Source: an uncultured PS1 clade bacterium
GTDB lineage: Bacteria > Pseudomonadota > Alphaproteobacteria > MED-G09
Assembly (NCBI GenBank): GCA_902609025.1
Contig: CACLQD010000002.1
Location: 33,899-97,898 of the forward strand
Reading direction: 5' to 3'
Length of the DNA stretch: 64,000 bases
The translations under genes and the position numbers were made by a program. Below are positions 10,551 through 20,521 of the stretch, piece after piece (within the stretch, counting starts at the first letter, position 1; each line of letters opens with the position of its first letter). The notes beneath the pieces are model-generated. The model was not told the origin of the DNA, searched no databases, and saw nothing but the letters and a program-made list of their open reading frames with translations.

Positions 10551-11824
10551 TAACTCTCATCATATCTTGAAAAAATAACAGATGCATTAGTCCCGCCAAA
10601 ACCAAAAGAATTCGATAGCACTACATCAACATTTTTTTCTTTGCTCATATGCGGTACAAGATCGAGTTTAGTATCTATTGATAAATCATCAAGATTAATC
10701 GTTGCGGGTATAATATTATTTTTAATTGTTAAAATACTAAAGATTGCTTCAACTGCACCAGCTGCACCTAGTAAATGACCAATTGAAGATTTTGTTGATG
10801 ACATAGATATATTATCAAGATTAGCTTTGAAAGCTCTTTCTACTGCCTTCAATTCGATTTCATCACCCTTTGGTGTTGAAGTCCCATGTGCATTAATATA
10901 AGAAAACTCATCGATAGCATGATTTGAGTCTTCTATAGCCATTATCATTGATCTATATGCACCATCTCCATCATCTGCAGGGGATGTAATATGATAAGCA
11001 TCTCCAGAAACTCCATAGCCCTTAAACTCTGCATAAATTTTAGCATTTCGTGATAGCGCATGCTCTAAATCTTCTAAAACTAAAAAACCTGCCCCCTCAC
11101 CCATCACAAATCCATCTCTTAGTCTGTCATAAGGTCTCGATGCTTTAGTAGGTTCATCATTGAAATTTGAACTCAAAGCTTTACATGCTGCAAATCCAGC
11201 AATTCCAACTGGACAAATTGCTGACTCAGCGCCTCCAACTATCATAACATCAGCTTTACCTCTTCGTATCATCTCTGCGCCTTCACATATTGAATGCGTA
11301 CCAGATGAACATGCGGTTACAGATGCTAAATTTGGGCCTTTAAAATTATTTCTAATAGATATTTGACCAGCAACTAAATTTATTAATGCACCGGGAATAA
11401 AAAATGGACTAACTCGCTTAGGTCCTTTTTCATTTAAAGTTAATGATGCCTTCTCAATACTAGGTAAACCTCCAACACCAGAACCTACACCTACTCCAAT
11501 TTTATTTGGATTAAAGTGATGATTTTTGAGTAATGAGTCCTCTATTGCCATCTCTGCGGCCGCAACACCAAAAATTATAAAGTCATCAACTTTTCTAAGA
11601 TCTTTTGATGAAAACCATTCAGAGGGATCGAAGGAATTTTTTAATGAATCTTGATCATCTTTTATTGGTACTTCACAAGAGATTTTTGTTTGAAAATCAG
11701 AAACATCAAATTTGCTTATTAAGTTTGCGCCAGATTTATTCTTGATGAGATTCTTCCAGGTAGATTTAATATCCCCCCCTAAAGGAGTTACAGCTCCTAT
11801 TCCTGAAACTACTACTCTTCGCAA
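10550..11824 (-). CDS. fabF: Beta-ketoacyl-ACP synthase II
   Basis: 424 aa. RRVVVSGIG, active-site TACSSG, NAHGTSTPKGD and NSFGFGGTNA. Follows acpP. Confidence 0.92.
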   Translation of the reverse strand: MRRVVVSGIGAVTPLGGDIKSTWKNLIKNKSGANLISKFDVSDFQTKISCEVPIKDDQDSLKNSFDPSEWFSSKDLRKVDDFIIFGVAAAEMAIEDSLLKNHHFNPNKIGVGVGSGVGGLPSIEKASLTLNEKGPKRVSPFFIPGALINLVAGQISIRNNFKGPNLASVTACSSGTHSICEGAEMIRRGKADVMIVGGAESAICPVGIAGFAACKALSSNFNDEPTKASRPYDRLRDGFVMGEGAGFLVLEDLEHALSRNAKIYAEFKGYGVSGDAYHITSPADDGDGAYRSMIMAIEDSNHAIDEFSYINAHGTSTPKGDEIELKAVERAFKANLDNISMSSTKSSIGHLLGAAGAVEAIFSILTIKNNIIPATINLDDLSIDTKLDLVPHMSKEKNVDVVLSNSFGFGGTNASVIFSRYDES

Positions 11825-11856
11825 TTAAAAGATCCTTTAATTAAAAAGAATTATTA

Positions 11857-12090
11857 TTATGTGTTAGAATTTATAAAATTTACTGCGTCACCAACTGTTT
11901 GAATGCTCTCAGCAGCGTCATCAGGTATTTCTATACCAAACTCTTCTTCAAAAGCCATTACTAATTCTACAGTATCAAGGCTATCAGCTCCTAAATCATC
12001 AATAAAGCTTGCGGAATCGGTTACTTTATCTTTTTCTACGCCCAAATGCTCAACAACGATAGCTTGAACTTTTTCTAATGTATCACTCAT
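11857..12090 (-). CDS. acpP: Acyl carrier protein
   Basis: 77 aa. Phosphopantetheine site [19 protein letters not shown]. Confidence 0.95.
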   Translation of the reverse strand: MSDTLEKVQAIVVEHLGVEKDKVTDSASFIDDLGADSLDTVELVMAFEEEFGIEIPDDAAESIQTVGDAVNFINSNT

Positions 12091-12178
12091 TTTACCCTCT
12101 TTTTTTATAATTAATAAACACAGTTAAATCAATTGTATGGGCTTTACCACATCACAAATAAATATTCAACCAACACAT

Positions 12179-12916
12179 TTAATTCATATACAAACCGCCA
12201 TTAATATGTATGGTTTGCCCAGTTATATAGCTTGATTCTTGACTGGCTAGAAAAATAATAGCAGAAGATAAATCTTCCGGCGTGCCAATTCTATTCATAG
12301 GTATGGAATTAAGAATTACATCTTTTCTTTTATCATCTAATTGTTCTGTCATGGGGGTTTCTATAAAACCCGGAGCAATACAGTTAACTGTAATATTTCT
12401 TGTTGCCACTTCTTGGGATAAAGATTTTGTTAGACCAATTAAACCAGCTTTTGATGCCGAGTAGTTAACTTGGCCTGCACCACCAGTTACTCCGACAACT
12501 GATGAAATATTTATAATTCTTCCATATCTTCTCTTAATCATACCTTTGGTAATTAATTTAAGAATACTAAATGTTGAATTAAGATTAATGTTCAATACAT
12601 CTTCCCATTCGCTTTCAGACATCCTAAGAAAAATATTATCTTTTGTTATTCCTGCATTGTTAACAAGAATATCAATATGACCCAAAACCTCATCAGTTTT
12701 TTTAATAAGCTTTATAATTTCATCTTTTTTACTTAAATCACAAGTAACTACATGGCATTTATCTCCAAGTAATTCTTTAAGCGCATTTAATTCATCAAGG
12801 TTTCTTCCTGATATACAAACCTGAGCATTATGCTTAATTAAAACGTTTGCTATCTCTTTGCCAATACCGCCACTTGCGCCAGTAATCAGTGCCTTTTTAC
12901 CCTCTAAATCAAACAA
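12179..12916 (-). CDS. fabG: 3-oxoacyl-ACP reductase
   Basis: SDR with TGASGGIG, NNAGIT and YSASKAG. Sits in the fabD-fabG-acpP-fabF cluster. Confidence 0.88.
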   Translation of the reverse strand: MFDLEGKKALITGASGGIGKEIANVLIKHNAQVCISGRNLDELNALKELLGDKCHVVTCDLSKKDEIIKLIKKTDEVLGHIDILVNNAGITKDNIFLRMSESEWEDVLNINLNSTFSILKLITKGMIKRRYGRIINISSVVGVTGGAGQVNYSASKAGLIGLTKSLSQEVATRNITVNCIAPGFIETPMTEQLDDKRKDVILNSIPMNRIGTPEDLSSAIIFLASQESSYITGQTIHINGGLYMN

Positions 12917-13853
12917 TGCTATAATCTCTCATAAAGTTTTCTAAACTTTCTTTACTATTCAAAGTAAATCTTTGCAAGTTAGGAACGCTTCTTTTAGCTA
13001 AATTAGTTAAAACATTACCTGCGCCAACTTCAATTATTGAGTCAACTCCTAATTCTTTAAACTTTTCCATTGTTTCACGCCATCTAACAGTAGCTGTTAC
13101 CTGATTAACTAAATTACTTTTAATTTCTTCAGTATCTTCTGTAGTGTTAACAGTAGTATTTTGTATAATTGGAATAATCGGTTTATTAAGAACAATACTC
13201 ATTAACTCATTCTTCATAATTTCTTTTGCTTCATTCATAAGGTCGCAATGAAATGGAGCACTAACAGGTAATTTAATAGCTTTTTTAACTCCTTTTCCTT
13301 TTAAAAGATCTAAAATATCATTAACTGCATTTATTTCACCAGAAATAACTATTTGACCAGGGGCATTATCATTTGCAATCTGGCAAACATTTTTGATTTT
13401 TGAAGAATTTATTGTTTCTCTTACTTCATCAATATCTAAACCTAAAATAGCTGCCATAGATCCTTCTCCGCTAGGAAAAGAATTTTGCATTGCTTTTCCT
13501 CTTAACCTCAATAATTTTGCTGTATCAGTTAAAGAAAGTGAATTTAAGGCAGTAAGAGATGTATACTCACCTAAAGAGTGACCTGCTGAAATATTTGAAA
13601 TTTTATCAACTGAGAAACCTCTTGAGTTTAAAATTTCTATAATTGTAATGCCTATAGTCATAATAGCAGGTTGAGCATTTTCAGTTAAAATAAGCTCATC
13701 ATCAGGCCCATCAAAAATAAGTCTTGATAAGTTTTGATCCAAAGCATCATTTACCTCTTCAAAAATAACTTTTATTTCCGGAAAGCTATCAAATAAGTCT
13801 TTTCCCATACCAACATATTGACTTCCTTGACCTGGAAAAACTATAGAATTCAT
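12909..13853 (-). CDS. fabD: Malonyl-CoA:ACP transacylase
   Basis: FPGQGSQYVGMG and the nucleophile motif GHSLGEY. Confidence 0.9.
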   Translation of the reverse strand: MNSIVFPGQGSQYVGMGKDLFDSFPEIKVIFEEVNDALDQNLSRLIFDGPDDELILTENAQPAIMTIGITIIEILNSRGFSVDKISNISAGHSLGEYTSLTALNSLSLTDTAKLLRLRGKAMQNSFPSGEGSMAAILGLDIDEVRETINSSKIKNVCQIANDNAPGQIVISGEINAVNDILDLLKGKGVKKAIKLPVSAPFHCDLMNEAKEIMKNELMSIVLNKPIIPIIQNTTVNTTEDTEEIKSNLVNQVTATVRWRETMEKFKELGVDSIIEVGAGNVLTNLAKRSVPNLQRFTLNSKESLENFMRDYSIV

Positions 13854-13966
13854 AAGATTTTCTCCTTAATTAGTAATTGAATAACATAGTTCGTTAATAC
13901 AAGCTTGCAAATTTATCTTTAATACATTAATGAATGCTTTAAATTTACTTTTTTATAAGAGGTATT

Positions 13967-14308
13967 ATGTCGTATTACGAGCATGTTTTTATAGCTAGAC
14001 CTGAAGTTGCTCCGCAACAGGTTGAAAATATAGTTGAGGATATAAAGAAAATTATTTCTGATGATGGCGGCGATACAGTTTATACTGAATACTGGGGACT
14101 AAAAAAGCTAGCCTATAAAATAAATAAAAGTGAAAAAGGACATTATTCTTTGTTAAGAATAGATAGTAAAAGCTCAACAATTAATGAAATAGAACGAGTA
14201 CAGAAACTTAACGAGGACATATTAAGGTTTATTACGATAAAAACTGAAGAAATCTCAAAAGAGCCATCTGTAATGCTAAAATCATCTGAAAAAAAAGATG
14301 TTTACTAA
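13967..14308 (+). CDS. rpsF: 30S ribosomal protein S6
   Basis: MSYYEHVFIARPE N-terminus. rpsF-rpsR-rplI order. Confidence 0.9.
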   Translation: MSYYEHVFIARPEVAPQQVENIVEDIKKIISDDGGDTVYTEYWGLKKLAYKINKSEKGHYSLLRIDSKSSTINEIERVQKLNEDILRFITIKTEEISKEPSVMLKSSEKKDVY

Positions 14309-14323
14309 TACAAGAGAATTAGA

Positions 14324-14584
14324 ATGAAAAACTTTTTACCCGACATAACACAAATACCTATCAGAAGTCCTTTTTTAAAAAGAAAAAAATCTTGTCCTTT
14401 ATCAGGGGAAAACTCACCTAAAATTGATTATAAAGATACTAAGCTTCTTAAGAAATATTTATCTGAAAGAGGAAAAATTATCCCAAGTAGAGTTACATCA
14501 GTATCATCGAAGAAACAAAGAGAATTAACACAAGCAGTTAAAAGAGCAAGATTCATGGCTCTTTTGCCTTATAAAATGGATTAA
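14324..14584 (+). CDS. rpsR: 30S ribosomal protein S18
   Basis: [31 protein letters not shown] is typical of S18. Confidence 0.9.
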   Translation: MKNFLPDITQIPIRSPFLKRKKSCPLSGENSPKIDYKDTKLLKKYLSERGKIIPSRVTSVSSKKQRELTQAVKRARFMALLPYKMD

Positions 14585-14586
14585 TT

Positions 14587-15291
14587 ATGGAAGTCATTTT
14601 ACTTGAAAGAATAGAAAAACTTGGACAAATGGGTGATGTTGTTAAAGTTAAGGATGGCTTTGCAAGAAACTTCTTATTACCGCAAAAAAAAGCTTTAAGG
14701 GCTTCAGATGATAATTTAGCTTATTTTGAAAAAGAGAGAGTCACATTAGAAGCAAACAATCTCGAACAAAAAAAAGAGGCTGAAATTATTCTAAAGAAAT
14801 TAGATAATTATAATCTAATTGTAATTAGACAAGCTGGTGAAACAGGTCAATTGTATGGTTCAGTAAATGCAAATGATATTAAAATTGCTTTAGGTGAAAA
14901 TGGTTTTATTGTTGAAAAAAATCAAATTAAATTAGAAAAACCTATTAAAGAACTTGGCGTACACAATGTCTCAGTAAAATTACATCCTGAAGTTCAGGCA
15001 ATAATTTCTGTAATTGTATCACGAACTGATGCAGAAGCAGAAAAACTTATAAAAGGTGATGAGATTAATATAGAAGATAACAAAAACTTAGCTGAAGATG
15101 GTACAATTAATATCGAGGAAATTTTTGAAGATGGAGCTATCCCAGAAAATATTGATAAGGGGATAGATGATTCAGCTGAAGAAATAGAAGATAAAAAAAA
15201 TGAAATGGACACTGAAGAAATTAATGATGAAATTATTTCTGAAACCAATAACTCTGAAAAAGAAGAAGATGATGGTTCTTCAAAATATTAA
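14587..15291 (+). CDS. rplI: 50S ribosomal protein L9 with an acidic C-terminal extension
   Basis: MEVILLE..GQMGDVVKVKDGFARNFLLPQKKA at the N-terminus. The canonical L9 ends near residue 150 and is followed by an 84-aa D/E-rich tail. Confidence 0.88.
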   Translation: MEVILLERIEKLGQMGDVVKVKDGFARNFLLPQKKALRASDDNLAYFEKERVTLEANNLEQKKEAEIILKKLDNYNLIVIRQAGETGQLYGSVNANDIKIALGENGFIVEKNQIKLEKPIKELGVHNVSVKLHPEVQAIISVIVSRTDAEAEKLIKGDEINIEDNKNLAEDGTINIEEIFEDGAIPENIDKGIDDSAEEIEDKKNEMDTEEINDEIISETNNSEKEEDDGSSKY

Positions 15292-15338
15292 CAATTAAAT
15301 TAACTATATAATTTAATCATTTAATTCATTTAACCCCG

Positions 15339-15357
15339 ATATTCACATTTATCCACA
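15339..15357 (+). promoter_or_regulatory. Two tandem DnaA-box motifs upstream of dnaB
   Basis: ATATTCACA (15339..15347, one mismatch) and TTATCCACA (15349..15357, perfect TTATNCACA consensus) are in direct orientation 1 nt apart. They lie about 45 bp upstream of the dnaB ATG. Confidence 0.5.
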
Positions 15358-15401
15358 GTTTTTTTTCTTGGGTTATTTGCTTTTACTGCTAAGTTACATA
15401 T

Positions 15402-16934
15402 ATGAACACTTCAACCCCTTATCTTATTAATGAAAACGAAAAATCTGAAGGCAATACCCTTGAATTACCTCATAATATTGAGGCTGAACAACAACTATTA
15501 GGCGCATTAATAAGAAATAACGATCTAATTGAAAAATGCAATAATACAAGATTAAGTGGAGAGCATTTTTACAATAAACTCCATGGAGAGATTTATGAAA
15601 AAATAAATAAATCACTTTCGACGGGTAAAACTGCAAATATAATTTTTTTGAAAACCTTCTTTGAAAATGATGAAGAATTTGATTCTGATCAGTATTTTGA
15701 ACAACTTGTGATCAATGCTGCGCCAGGTCCTGCAATCGAAGAATATTCATCTTTAATTTATGATCTTGCTTTAAGGAGGGAGCTAATTAATACAGCAGAA
15801 TTTCTTCAACACTCTTCCTTCGATTTAGGTCAAGAAGACATAACAGCTAATGATATTATTGAAGAAACAGAAAATAAGTTATTTCAAATTGAAGTCTCTG
15901 GAGACGCTGAACAGGGTTTCGAGTCTTTTGAAAAAACTTTAACTGAGTCGTTAACAACTATAGAATCAGCTTATCAATCATCAGGTGGTTTAGCTGGTTT
16001 ATCAACAGGTTTTAAAGATCTAGATAAAGCTTTAGGTGGCCTTCAAAAATCTGATCTAATTATTCTTGCTGGAAGACCTGCTATGGGTAAAACTTCATTA
16101 GCTACCAATATTGGATTTAATGTCGCAAAGAAATTTTCAGAAACTCTACAAAATGATGAAGTAAAAACAGATAAAAATGGCAATATTATCTCCGATGGAA
16201 GCGTTGTAGCTTTTTTTTCTTTAGAAATGTCTGCGGAACAACTAACAACCAGAATTGCTGCAGAGCAATCAGGTATAGAATCTAACGAATTAAGAAGGGG
16301 AAACATTAAAGAAGATCAATTTATGCATTATGCTAGAACAATAGCTGATTTAAAATCTGTTCCATTTTATATTGATCAAAGCGGTTCTATACCAATTGGA
16401 GTTTTAGCAACTAGAGCAAGAAGATTAGCAAGAACCTTAAAAACAACTAAAAATCAAGAGCTTGGATTAATTATTGTTGATTATATTCAATTGGCAACAA
16501 CATCTTCAGGAAAATATCGAGATAGCAGAGTGCAAGAAGTGGCGGAAATTACACAAGGATTAAAATCGCTAGCAAAGGACCTAGATATACCAATTATTGC
16601 TCTTTCACAACTTTCGAGACAAGTTGAATCTAGAGATGATAAAAGACCTTTGTTATCAGATTTAAGGGAATCTGGGGCAATCGAACAAGATGCAGATATC
16701 GTAATGTTTGTATATAGAGATGAATACTACTTACAAAACAATCAACCTCCTCCAGGAACTGAGCAGCATACTTCATGGTTAGCACGAATGGATGAGGTTC
16801 ATGGAAAAGCTGAAGTTTTAATAAGGAAGCATAGACATGGGCCAACATCAAATGTCCAATTACAATTTGAAGAAAGACTAACAAAGTTTTCTGATCTTGC
16901 GAGAGAAAAGTATTTACCTGAAAGATTTGAATAA
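15402..16934 (+). CDS. dnaB: Replicative DNA helicase
   Basis: 510 aa. PHNIEAEQQLLGALI, Walker A GRPAMGKTS, IVDYIQL and RHGPT. Confidence 0.93.
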   Translation: MNTSTPYLINENEKSEGNTLELPHNIEAEQQLLGALIRNNDLIEKCNNTRLSGEHFYNKLHGEIYEKINKSLSTGKTANIIFLKTFFENDEEFDSDQYFEQLVINAAPGPAIEEYSSLIYDLALRRELINTAEFLQHSSFDLGQEDITANDIIEETENKLFQIEVSGDAEQGFESFEKTLTESLTTIESAYQSSGGLAGLSTGFKDLDKALGGLQKSDLIILAGRPAMGKTSLATNIGFNVAKKFSETLQNDEVKTDKNGNIISDGSVVAFFSLEMSAEQLTTRIAAEQSGIESNELRRGNIKEDQFMHYARTIADLKSVPFYIDQSGSIPIGVLATRARRLARTLKTTKNQELGLIIVDYIQLATTSSGKYRDSRVQEVAEITQGLKSLAKDLDIPIIALSQLSRQVESRDDKRPLLSDLRESGAIEQDADIVMFVYRDEYYLQNNQPPPGTEQHTSWLARMDEVHGKAEVLIRKHRHGPTSNVQLQFEERLTKFSDLAREKYLPERFE

Positions 16935-17708
16935 GTGATTACAATAACTAAAAATATTGGAAAAGTTGTAATCTTATTCCTTAATAATACTGGTCATTTT
17001 TTTATTTTTTTTACAAAAATATTACGATCAATTTTTAAGCCTTGGTATTTTAAAAATATTATTAATCAAATGATTTTTATAGGGTATTTTTCTTTACCTG
17101 TGGTTTCCTTAACATCGTTTTTTACAGGTGGTGCTCTTGCGCTACAGATATATTATGGAGGAAACCAATTTAATTCTGAGGCAATTGTTTCTTCAATTGT
17201 AGCATTAGGCATAACAAGAGAATTAGGACCAGTTCTAGGTGGTATAGTGGTTGCAGGAAGAGTTTCTTCTGCTATTGCAGCTGAATTAGGGACTATGAAA
17301 GTGACAGAACAAATAGATGCGTTAAAAACTCTATCAGCTGACCCAATTAGTTATCTTATTATTCCTAGAATAATCTCTGGAATTATAATGTTACCAATCT
17401 TAATTATTTTTGCTGATATTATTGGTATTATGGGCGGATGGTTTATAGGGACACAAAGTTTAGGATTTAATGGAAGTGTTTATATTCAAAACACAATTGA
17501 TTTCCTTGAAGTCAGCGATATAAGCTCAGGATTAATCAAAGCCTCTTTTTTTGGGTTTATTATTACTATAATGGGTTGTTATCAGGGTTTTAATTCAAGT
17601 GGTGGTGCACAGGGTGTAGGAAAAGCAACTACAAATGCGGTGGTATCTGCTTCTGTCCTTATACTGGCCTCTAATTACATTATGACTAATCTATTTTTTG
17701 CATCTTAA
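16935..17708 (+). CDS. mlaE: Phospholipid (Mla-type) ABC transporter permease
   Basis: 257 aa MlaE/Ttg2B-family polytopic protein (ITRELGPVL..., GAQGVGKATT). GTG start 1 nt after the dnaB stop. Confidence 0.78.
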   Translation: MITITKNIGKVVILFLNNTGHFFIFFTKILRSIFKPWYFKNIINQMIFIGYFSLPVVSLTSFFTGGALALQIYYGGNQFNSEAIVSSIVALGITRELGPVLGGIVVAGRVSSAIAAELGTMKVTEQIDALKTLSADPISYLIIPRIISGIIMLPILIIFADIIGIMGGWFIGTQSLGFNGSVYIQNTIDFLEVSDISSGLIKASFFGFIITIMGCYQGFNSSGGAQGVGKATTNAVVSASVLILASNYIMTNLFFAS

Positions 17709-17709
17709 A

Positions 17710-18447
17710 ATGATAAAAATTGAAAACCTACATAAATATTTTGAAAATAAAAAAGTTTTAAATGGGGTAAATCTTGATATAGAAGAGGGAACATCTTCTG
17801 TAATAATTGGTGGCTCAGGTACTGGTAAATCAGTTTTAATTAAATGTATATTAGGATTATTAACGCCCGAAGAAGGCAGAATCTCAATAAAAAACAATCT
17901 CATTTTTGAAAATGGTAAATTTAAGAAAAATAGTAAAATAAAAATTGGTATGCTTTTCCAAGGCGGCGCTTTATTTGATAGTCTCAGAATATGGCAAAAT
18001 GTTAGTTTCTACGACATTCAAAATGGTAAAAACAAAAAATTTTGTTTAGAAAATGCAATTCTTAATCTTGAAAAGGTTGGTTTAAGTAGCGATGTTGTTA
18101 ACTTATATCCTTCAGAATTATCTGGAGGAATGCAAAAAAGAGTTGCTTTAGCAAGGGCTATTTCTATTAAACCTGATATTATCTTTTTTGATGAACCAAC
18201 TACTGGCCTAGATCCAATTAGTGCTGATGTTATTAACAAACTAATTATACAAAAGGTAAGAGATATTGGTGCTACTTCTCTTACAATAACACATGATATG
18301 TCTAGCGCTAGAACAATATCAGATAATATTCACATGCTTCATAAAGGTAAGATTATTTGGGAAGGAAATAAAGACACAATTGAAAGTACTGATAACCCAT
18401 TTGTAGTTCAGTTTATAAATGGTTTTTCTGAAGGGCCAATAAATTAA
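17710..18447 (+). CDS. mlaF: Mla-type ABC transporter ATP-binding protein
   Basis: Walker A GGSGTGKS, signature LSGGMQKRVALARA and Walker B IIFFDEP. ATG 17710 is preferred over the TTG-opened track ORF at 17698. Confidence 0.8.
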   Translation: MIKIENLHKYFENKKVLNGVNLDIEEGTSSVIIGGSGTGKSVLIKCILGLLTPEEGRISIKNNLIFENGKFKKNSKIKIGMLFQGGALFDSLRIWQNVSFYDIQNGKNKKFCLENAILNLEKVGLSSDVVNLYPSELSGGMQKRVALARAISIKPDIIFFDEPTTGLDPISADVINKLIIQKVRDIGATSLTITHDMSSARTISDNIHMLHKGKIIWEGNKDTIESTDNPFVVQFINGFSEGPIN

Positions 18448-18510
18448 AATAACAATTATCTAGTAATTTTATTAATAAAGATTTATTTATGTAAATCGAT
18501 ATTTGGGAAA

Positions 18511-19056
18511 ATGATGGAAACTAATGTAATCGATTTAATTCTAATCTTTTCGATTGTAATTTCAGGTTCTTTGGCTTTGTTTCAAGGTTTTTTTAAAGAA
18601 CTTCTTGCATTGCTTGGATGGGTCGCAGCATTTATAAATATAAAAATCTTTTTCGCTCATCTTTCAAAGTTATTAGAAGTTTTTATAGAAAATGACTCTC
18701 TAAGAGACATAATAGTTATATCGGCTATCTTTATTCTCACATTAATTATTTGGAGAGTGATCTCAATACCAATACTTAAAATTTTTAAATCAACATCTAT
18801 AGGGTATTTAGATAAATTACTTGGATTCTTATTTGGAGTATTTAGAGTTTTTGTTCTGGCTTGTATAATTTATATATATACATTAATGCCTAATGAAAAA
18901 GAGGACTTTCCTGAATATACAAAAGACTCAAAAACACTTCCTTTAATTGAAAAATTATCTGTTATGTTAACAGATAATTTTCAATTTTTTTCTGAAACTA
19001 AAATGCAGGATATAATTAACAGCGATAATAAGAGTGAAGATATTGAAAACGAATAG
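18511..19056 (+). CDS. cvpA: CvpA-family membrane protein
   Basis: 181 aa with 4 TM segments. Conserved cvpA-purF synteny. Confidence 0.7.
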   Translation: MMETNVIDLILIFSIVISGSLALFQGFFKELLALLGWVAAFINIKIFFAHLSKLLEVFIENDSLRDIIVISAIFILTLIIWRVISIPILKIFKSTSIGYLDKLLGFLFGVFRVFVLACIIYIYTLMPNEKEDFPEYTKDSKTLPLIEKLSVMLTDNFQFFSETKMQDIINSDNKSEDIENE

Positions 19057-20518
19057 AAAATCACCTTTTATTCAAGATGATAAATTACATGAAGAATGTG
19101 GAGTTTTTGGTGTATACAATCATGAAGACTCAGCTGCACTTACCGCCTTAGGTCTACATGCTTTACAGCATCGTGGTCAAGAAGCTGCAGGAATAGTAAC
19201 TTTTGATGGAACAAAGTTTATATCTGAAAGACACCCTGGATTAGTAAGTGATAACTTTACAAAAACTTCTATAATAAATCGATTAGTAGGTAATAGTGCT
19301 GTTGGGCATAACAGATATTCAACGACAGGAGCTACAATTCAAAGAAATATTCAACCTTTTTTTGCTGATTTATGGGGTGGGGGATTTGCAATAGCTCATA
19401 ATGGAAATATTACAAATGCATTGTCGCTAAGGGACGAGCTCATAAGAAAAGGGTCAATCTTTCAATCAACCTCTGATACAGAAACTATTTTACAATTAGT
19501 AGCTAGATCTGATGCAAATAGAACATTGGATCGCTTAGTTGATGCGTTAGTGCAAATTTCAGGAGCATGGGCATTAGTAGTATTAACTAATAAAAAATTA
19601 ATTGGTGCTAGAGACCCTTTTGGAATAAGACCCCTCATCTTAGGAGAATTAGACGGAGCAAAAATATTAGCCTCAGAAACATGTGCGCTTGATATTATTG
19701 GAGCAAAATTTATTAGAGAAATTGAACCTGGTGAAGTTATTGTAATTACAGAAGATGGTGAGGAGAGTATTAAACCTTTTCCAAACGCAAGATTGCGACC
19801 TTGCATTTTTGAATATATATATTTTTCTAGACCCGATTCAATGCTAGATGGGAAATCTGTTTATGAATGCAGGAAATCATTTGGAAAAAATCTAGCTAAG
19901 GAATGCCCAGCTAACGCCGATATTGTTGTTCCAGTTCCTGACTCTGGCGTTCCAGCAGCTTTAGGATACTCTGAAGAATCAAAAATACCTTTTGAATTAT
20001 CAATAATAAGAAATCATTATGTAGGAAGAACATTTATTCTACCAACACAGTCAAATAGACAATCATCTGTAAAACTTAAACATAATCCTGATAAAGGCTC
20101 AATAGAAGGCAAAAGAGTAGTTTTAGTCGATGATAGTGTAGTAAGGGGAACAACTTCAGTCAAAATTGTTGAATTAATGAGAGAGGCTGGGGCATCAGAG
20201 ATACATATGAGAATAGCCTGTCCTCCGATAAAATATCCAGATTTTTATGGAATAGATACTCCAGAGACTGAGCAATTATTAGCTTCAAATAAAAGTTTAG
20301 ATGAAATGTGTAAGTATATTGGCGCCGACTCGTTAGGCTTTCTTTCATTAGACGGCTTATATCAATCAATGGGATATAAAAAAGGAAGAAACAATGATAG
20401 TCCAGAATATACTGACCATTGTTTTACAGGAGACTATCCTACAAATCTTAACGATTACAAAAGCGAAAAAACTCAAGAACAACTTTCATTATTATCTGAA
20501 AATGAAAGCCAAAATTAA
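19034..20518 (+). CDS. purF: Amidophosphoribosyltransferase
   Basis: Ntn-type CGVFGV after a propeptide, PRPP motif VVLVDDSVVRGTT, and Cys ligands consistent with the Fe-S (B. subtilis) type. The GTG/TTG start is uncertain. Confidence 0.93.
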   Translation: MKILKTNRKSPFIQDDKLHEECGVFGVYNHEDSAALTALGLHALQHRGQEAAGIVTFDGTKFISERHPGLVSDNFTKTSIINRLVGNSAVGHNRYSTTGATIQRNIQPFFADLWGGGFAIAHNGNITNALSLRDELIRKGSIFQSTSDTETILQLVARSDANRTLDRLVDALVQISGAWALVVLTNKKLIGARDPFGIRPLILGELDGAKILASETCALDIIGAKFIREIEPGEVIVITEDGEESIKPFPNARLRPCIFEYIYFSRPDSMLDGKSVYECRKSFGKNLAKECPANADIVVPVPDSGVPAALGYSEESKIPFELSIIRNHYVGRTFILPTQSNRQSSVKLKHNPDKGSIEGKRVVLVDDSVVRGTTSVKIVELMREAGASEIHMRIACPPIKYPDFYGIDTPETEQLLASNKSLDEMCKYIGADSLGFLSLDGLYQSMGYKKGRNNDSPEYTDHCFTGDYPTNLNDYKSEKTQEQLSLLSENESQN

Positions 20519-20521
20519 TTA

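Noticed and set aside
13854-13966. The fabD/rpsF divergent spacer as an rpsF-leader (S6:S18-binding) RNA, or as a clear sigma-70 promoter (TTGCAA at about 13906).
   Set aside because: I could not find a convincing hairpin mimicking the S6:S18 site. The -10 candidates at proper spacing are poor. The evidence is insufficient to call a feature.
15292-15401. The rplI-dnaB spacer as the chromosomal replication origin, because of the DnaA boxes.
   Set aside because: There are only two boxes and no cluster of additional boxes. I see no obvious 13-mer-type unwinding element array, and the genomic context (ribosomal protein operon / dnaB) is not the usual alphaproteobacterial oriC neighbourhood. A promoter-level DnaA site is more plausible.
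19462-19806. 114-aa ORF antisense to purF, and a 112-aa ORF at 45021..45359 antisense to gloB.
   Set aside because: Both are fully nested in conserved enzyme genes and show no family resemblance.
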